A DNA stretch of 64,000 nucleotides from Prorocentrum cordatum (Eukaryota), in the NCBI GenBank assembly GCA_963575745.1, contig CAUYUJ010000001.1:2170001-2234000 (forward strand), read 5' to 3'. Below are positions 59,860-64,000 of this stretch, piece by piece. How positions within the stretch are numbered: position 1 is the stretch's first letter; each line of letters starts with the position of its first letter. Both the position numbers and the translations under genes were made by a program. The notes beneath the pieces were generated by a model, which had not been told where the DNA came from, searched no databases, and was given only the letters and a program-made list of their open reading frames with translations.

Positions 59860-62060
59860 AGTTTTGAGTTGCACAATGCAACTCACTCGCCCCACCGAAG
59901 CTGGAGAAACAGCAGGAAAGACACTGCAAAGGAAGAAAAAAAGAGGCGCCTAAGCAAGGCGCACCAGTGATCTCATCCGACTACCTGTGGCTGAGCGGGA
60001 AAAGAGGAGACAGCGCGGTTGGGGGCGGAGGGCGCCCAGTCACGAAGTGCGCCGCCGGGGCACCAAGTCAAGCGGGGCTCAGCGCGTTCCGAAGGGGGCG
60101 TGGATTCATGTTTTCTGTCATTAGTTTATCATATAGGATTGCTCACTGGGCACAGAACAGCAGTCTTCAAGAGTGGTGCGAAGTAATCCAGCACGGCGCT
60201 CAAGGAAGCCGTCAAAGTTTCGCGCGACCTCTACATGGGAGTGCAAGTTAAACCGGCCGGAGACCCCCGAGCAAATGGTGATGTCGCAAGGGCCATCGGA
60301 ACAGCGCACGACCAACTTGAACCGTTAAAGCATGCTTTGGACGACGCATGTGAAATTTGGGCAGGCGAAGAGCACGTCATTACGCCTTGATTTGCGATTC
60401 GTGCATCTTCCCCCATCAACAAGATCATGCTAGACACCGACGGCATGACGTCTCACGGAAGAGGCCATTCGCGGGAACTCAACATTGTTGTTGGAGCTTG
60501 CGGGGTAAACCATGCACCTGGAGACTCCGCCAACAAAAGGGAGGCAATGACTCCAGAGCAAGGCGGGGGAGTGGCATCTTCCTGGGGGCGCGTGAAACCA
60601 GCAGAGAGCTCATTGTCGCCACTCCAGAAGGCGCCATCGAGTCTCGCGAGGTCAGGCACTGAAGAAGCGAGGCGGAGAAGTTGATTTTAGACGCGGTAAA
60701 CAACGTCGAAGGGACCCCTACGTAAGCTGACCTCGACATGTTTGAAATGGACGTTCAAGCCGGAGGGATGCTGCCGATGCGCGTGCCCAGTCCAGGCACG
60801 GCTGTCGAGACCCGGCCGTTAGTTGCTCGGGGGGCAGATGTAAAGAAGTCGGATCGCATGGCGACGGGGCCAACGCCGGGGCGTCGCGGGCGGGGAGCGA
60901 TATCCAGGGGAAACGCCGCCCATGAACCGCGCGGCGCGGAGCGCCATGGGCCCGTGATCGAGCGGCTCTAAAGATCTGGCGGCCCCATCAACCACGAAAT
61001 GTCAGCTGAGGCCCAGCTGGGGGTGGAGTCCGACAGTTCCAGGCAGGGCCATGCAGAGGCAATTGGATATCTCAAGGTGGATGAGCGAACCCAGATCAGA
61101 AATTCACCCGCCCAGAGGCATCGGGGCTCGAGCCCCATGAGCGATGGAGCAATGAAAGAGGACGTTGGTGAGATGGGGGATATGATCGGCGATTGGCACG
61201 GGCTGCGGTGGCCCTGGGCGGGATGGCTTGAGTTCCTCGTTATCCGCGGCGGCGATGATGACGAGCGCCCGGCCAGCGCTGCTCCGCCAAGGTCAGCGGC
61301 AGTGGACGGAGAGGCAGAGGATCCAGGGGGCGATGGGATGGCCAGGGATGTCAGGGATAAACGGGACGAGGACAAATATATACAACGATAGGATGTAGAA
61401 GCTGAGGGAGGCAAGGGGCCCGATGACGAAATCGCGCAAGAAAATAGATCTGAGCATGTAGGTGAAGAGCAGGACGATTTGAACACCGATGAGGTACGTG
61501 CCTGACTAGATCAGGGAAGCTGTGAGGTCACGAGGCTAATACCGTCGCAATGTGAAGTCGCACGCTGCCGAGGCTTTCTTGCCCGCGCGAGCTACTGGCA
61601 CGGTGGAGATAATGCGATGAATGCGGAGCCCATGGGATTTCAATTGCGAAGCCACGCGTGCAAAAGCCAAGGAGATATCCAGCGCCAAGCAGACCTACTG
61701 TTAATCGCAAGCCCAATTTGCACGGCCTTCAGTCGGCTGTAAGCATTCACTTCCAAGAGGCTGGCCAAGGCAAGATGAGGAACATGCTTTGAAACTTTTC
61801 CGAATTACACAGGAAGACTGGGTTTTCTTGTCTCTTTGGATCTCCTGCAGGAGCCTTAAGATGGACGGCGGCACCATGTCAGATAATGTCACAGCGTGAA
61901 CGAGATCAGACTTATGACAGGGACCCATGCTTTGACAACCCGCAGCACACTTCTTAGTTGAGAGGAGACCCGAGTAAGAAACCCACCAGGCTAATGACCA
62001 GCAGCCCCGTTAGGGCCTTCAGTATGACACCGCAGCTTCGACGATCTAGGGCAGTTGCCC
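59860..62060 (+). mobile_element. Decayed Ty1/Copia-type pol (integrase plus DNMT-like insert, RT and LTRs not seen; gag may extend to ~58040)
   Basis: HNATHSPHRSW (integrase zinc finger), VISSDYLWL, PAGDPRANGDVARAI, DGMTSHGR, GIFLGARETSRELIVATPEGAIESREVR and GPTPG. These are followed by PWDF, LLLIASPICTAFSR and KKPTRLMTSSP. Confidence 0.75.
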
Positions 62061-62957
62061 CCAGTGCAGAAGGCACCCACACCCTGCGCCCATCCCTTCC
62101 CCAACACCTCCCCCCTTTCCTTCCATTCCTTTCCCTGATAAAAAACTTGTCCCTGTCGTACCCCGAGGTCGAAGGGGCGGGCCGGGCGTTTCGCTTGAGA
62201 CTTCATGGCCGCTTGTGGTCCGGACGGTTTATTTGAATTCGCCACAGTTCCATGGATGAAGGGCGGGTGGTTTTCAACATGCGGTTCTCGGTTTAGCGCC
62301 GCGCACGTTCGTTGTGACAAACTACGAGAGCCTCACGGATGGAAGGCGGCTCCTTTTGCTAAGTGCGGCTATCTTTTTTAATGCCGCGCACATTCGCTTA
62401 TGATTGTGCAGCACTTTCAGGGTCTCTCCTGGTTCAGGTACCAGAAACGGTGTTTCGGCACGATGTCGGGCTGTCGGGGCGCAACAGTTCCGTTGATTCG
62501 TGGCGTTGTACTCCCAGGAATGGCGTTCTGGCACGATTCAGGATCGCCGAGACGCAACAGTAATGGTAATTCGCGGCGTTGAAGTCTTTTGGCGCAGTTC
62601 AGTTGTTTCCAAACTGTTGTTTTCCAGCGGGGCATTTCTGTCAGTGAAAGGGATTTTTTGTAGGAAAACCCACGGGGGGAAATTTTGAGAGAGGGATTCT
62701 TGCAATATCGTTGATGAGTTCCGGGTTTGCACCGGTCCTTCCCCTCCTCTCCCTTTACAGCCACCGCCTCAAGGAAACGATGTTCTTGAACTTCGGCAGG
62801 TGGTGGATATGGATACGTTTGGCCCCTCAGGCGGTGGTTGTGGATGAAGCCCCGCCCCGCACCCAGGTTTTCTGCGAGCCGCGAGGTGACAGAGCACTTT
62901 TCTGCTTGTAGGGAGGGGTGGGAAGAGGTGCAGGCCGGTCCGGCCGGGGGGGGGGGG

Positions 62958-64000
62958 ATGTCCTCGGGCCCCGCGGCGCGTGGCCGAAGGCTGGAGCGCT
63001 GCGGGAGGCATCGCCTGCGGGAGCGTCGGCGGGGGCACGTGCGGCACAGCGTCGCAGCAGCGGGGCTGGTCCTCGGCGTGGCCACGGCCTGGACACGGAG
63101 CGGCGTCGAGGCCTTCGCGCGCCTGGAGCAGGCCCAGGCCGGCTGGGACCGCCACCTGGACGCCGCGGCGGCGCCCGTCTGGCGCCTCGTGGAGCCGCTG
63201 GCCGCCCTGGCGGGCTACGTGTTCCTCGGCCCGGTTCGCCTCCACTTCCACGCCGAAAGCCTGCGCGCGCGCGCGGACGCGGGCGGACAGCTGGCGGTGC
63301 TGCAGGCGAAGCTGGAGGAGGCAGCCGCGGACGCTTGCGGCCGACTGCAGCGGGCGTTCGGGGCGCAGCTCGCCGCAGTGCAGTGCCCGGAAGTGCAGGT
63401 CATCCGTGGAGCGCGGCCGCAGCTGGCCATGTTCCGCCTCGGCGCTGGGCGCCGGTGGCGGCTGGTTGCCACCGAGCCAGTGGGGCGGCTGTTCGAGGGT
63501 GATGAGCTGCGCTTCCTGATCGGGCGAGAAGTAGGGCGCGTGGCCCTGCACCACAGCGCCCCGCTGCTGTCGTGGCCCCTGGCCCGCTTTGCCTCCGACG
63601 TCTTCGCGCTGCCGCGCTTCGTGCTCGGGGGCGCCGCTCGCCGAGGGGGCCCCTCGGCCGGCACGCAGCGGCGGTCGCGGGCTCCGGACCCGGCGCGCGA
63701 GATGCGCAGGGCCTTGGGCCGCGCAGCGGACCAGCTGGTGGAAGTTTGCCAGTTGTACCAGGGGCTGCGCTTCGGTTGCTGGCCCGGCCTCGTGGACCTG
63801 GCCCTAGACCTGGACCTGCTGCTGGCTGGCCAGCGCGCGGAGCCGGTGGCGGCGCGCGAGCTGCGGGCGCTGGACTTGGCAGCGGCGGCGTGCGCGAAGC
63901 TGCGCGCCCCCGGGGGCGCCTCTGCGCTCTGCGTGGCCACAGCGGGCGTCGCGGCTCCCCGGGTAGCGGGCGCCGCGCTGGGCCTCAGCCGGCAGGAGGA
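62958..64000 (+). CDS. Peptidase M48 (HtpX/Ste24-like) homologue, probably catalytically inactive, runs off the window
   Basis: At least 347 uninterrupted codons from ATG 62958, with high GC3 (absent from the ORF track because there is no stop). It contains CPEVQVI...LVATEPVGRLFEGDELRFLIGREVGRVALHH and ends LSRQE. A pyrimidine tract plus AG acceptor lies at 62895-62911. Confidence 0.75.
   Translation, partial: MSSGPAARGRRLERCGRHRLRERRRGHVRHSVAAAGLVLGVATAWTRSGVEAFARLEQAQAGWDRHLDAAAAPVWRLVEPLAALAGYVFLGPVRLHFHAESLRARADAGGQLAVLQAKLEEAAADACGRLQRAFGAQLAAVQCPEVQVIRGARPQLAMFRLGAGRRWRLVATEPVGRLFEGDELRFLIGREVGRVALHHSAPLLSWPLARFASDVFALPRFVLGGAARRGGPSAGTQRRSRAPDPAREMRRALGRAADQLVEVCQLYQGLRFGCWPGLVDLALDLDLLLAGQRAEPVAARELRALDLAAAACAKLRAPGGASALCVATAGVAAPRVAGAALGLSRQE

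Overview
GC-rich, repeat-dominated eukaryotic DNA, most likely from a dinoflagellate. This is an inference from copies of the 22-nt dinoflagellate spliced leader (dinoSL, DCCGTAGCCATTTTGGCTCAAG), TTTAGGG-like tracts and dinoflagellate-type retroelement motifs. Almost all ORFs in the supplied track are artefacts of satellites and high GC. Three protein-coding regions are credible: two intronless paralogues of a small Pho88/Snd3-like membrane protein (34704-35102 and 43033-43431), and an M48-peptidase-like ORF with REVGR in place of HEXXH (62958 to the window end). The rest is decayed LINEs, a decayed Copia with a DNMT-like insert, satellite-filled foldback/MITE elements, micro- and minisatellites, and an array of ~1-kb units separated by telomere-like tracts. 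The most striking signal is two LINE-like elements that begin exactly at a genomic dinoSL copy (one is SL plus a tandem 15-nt relic) fused directly to a (CCT)n pyrimidine tract. This suggests a retrotransposon that regenerates its 5' end through host SL trans-splicing. Family assignments come from motifs read by eye, not database searches, and boundaries of decayed elements are approximate.
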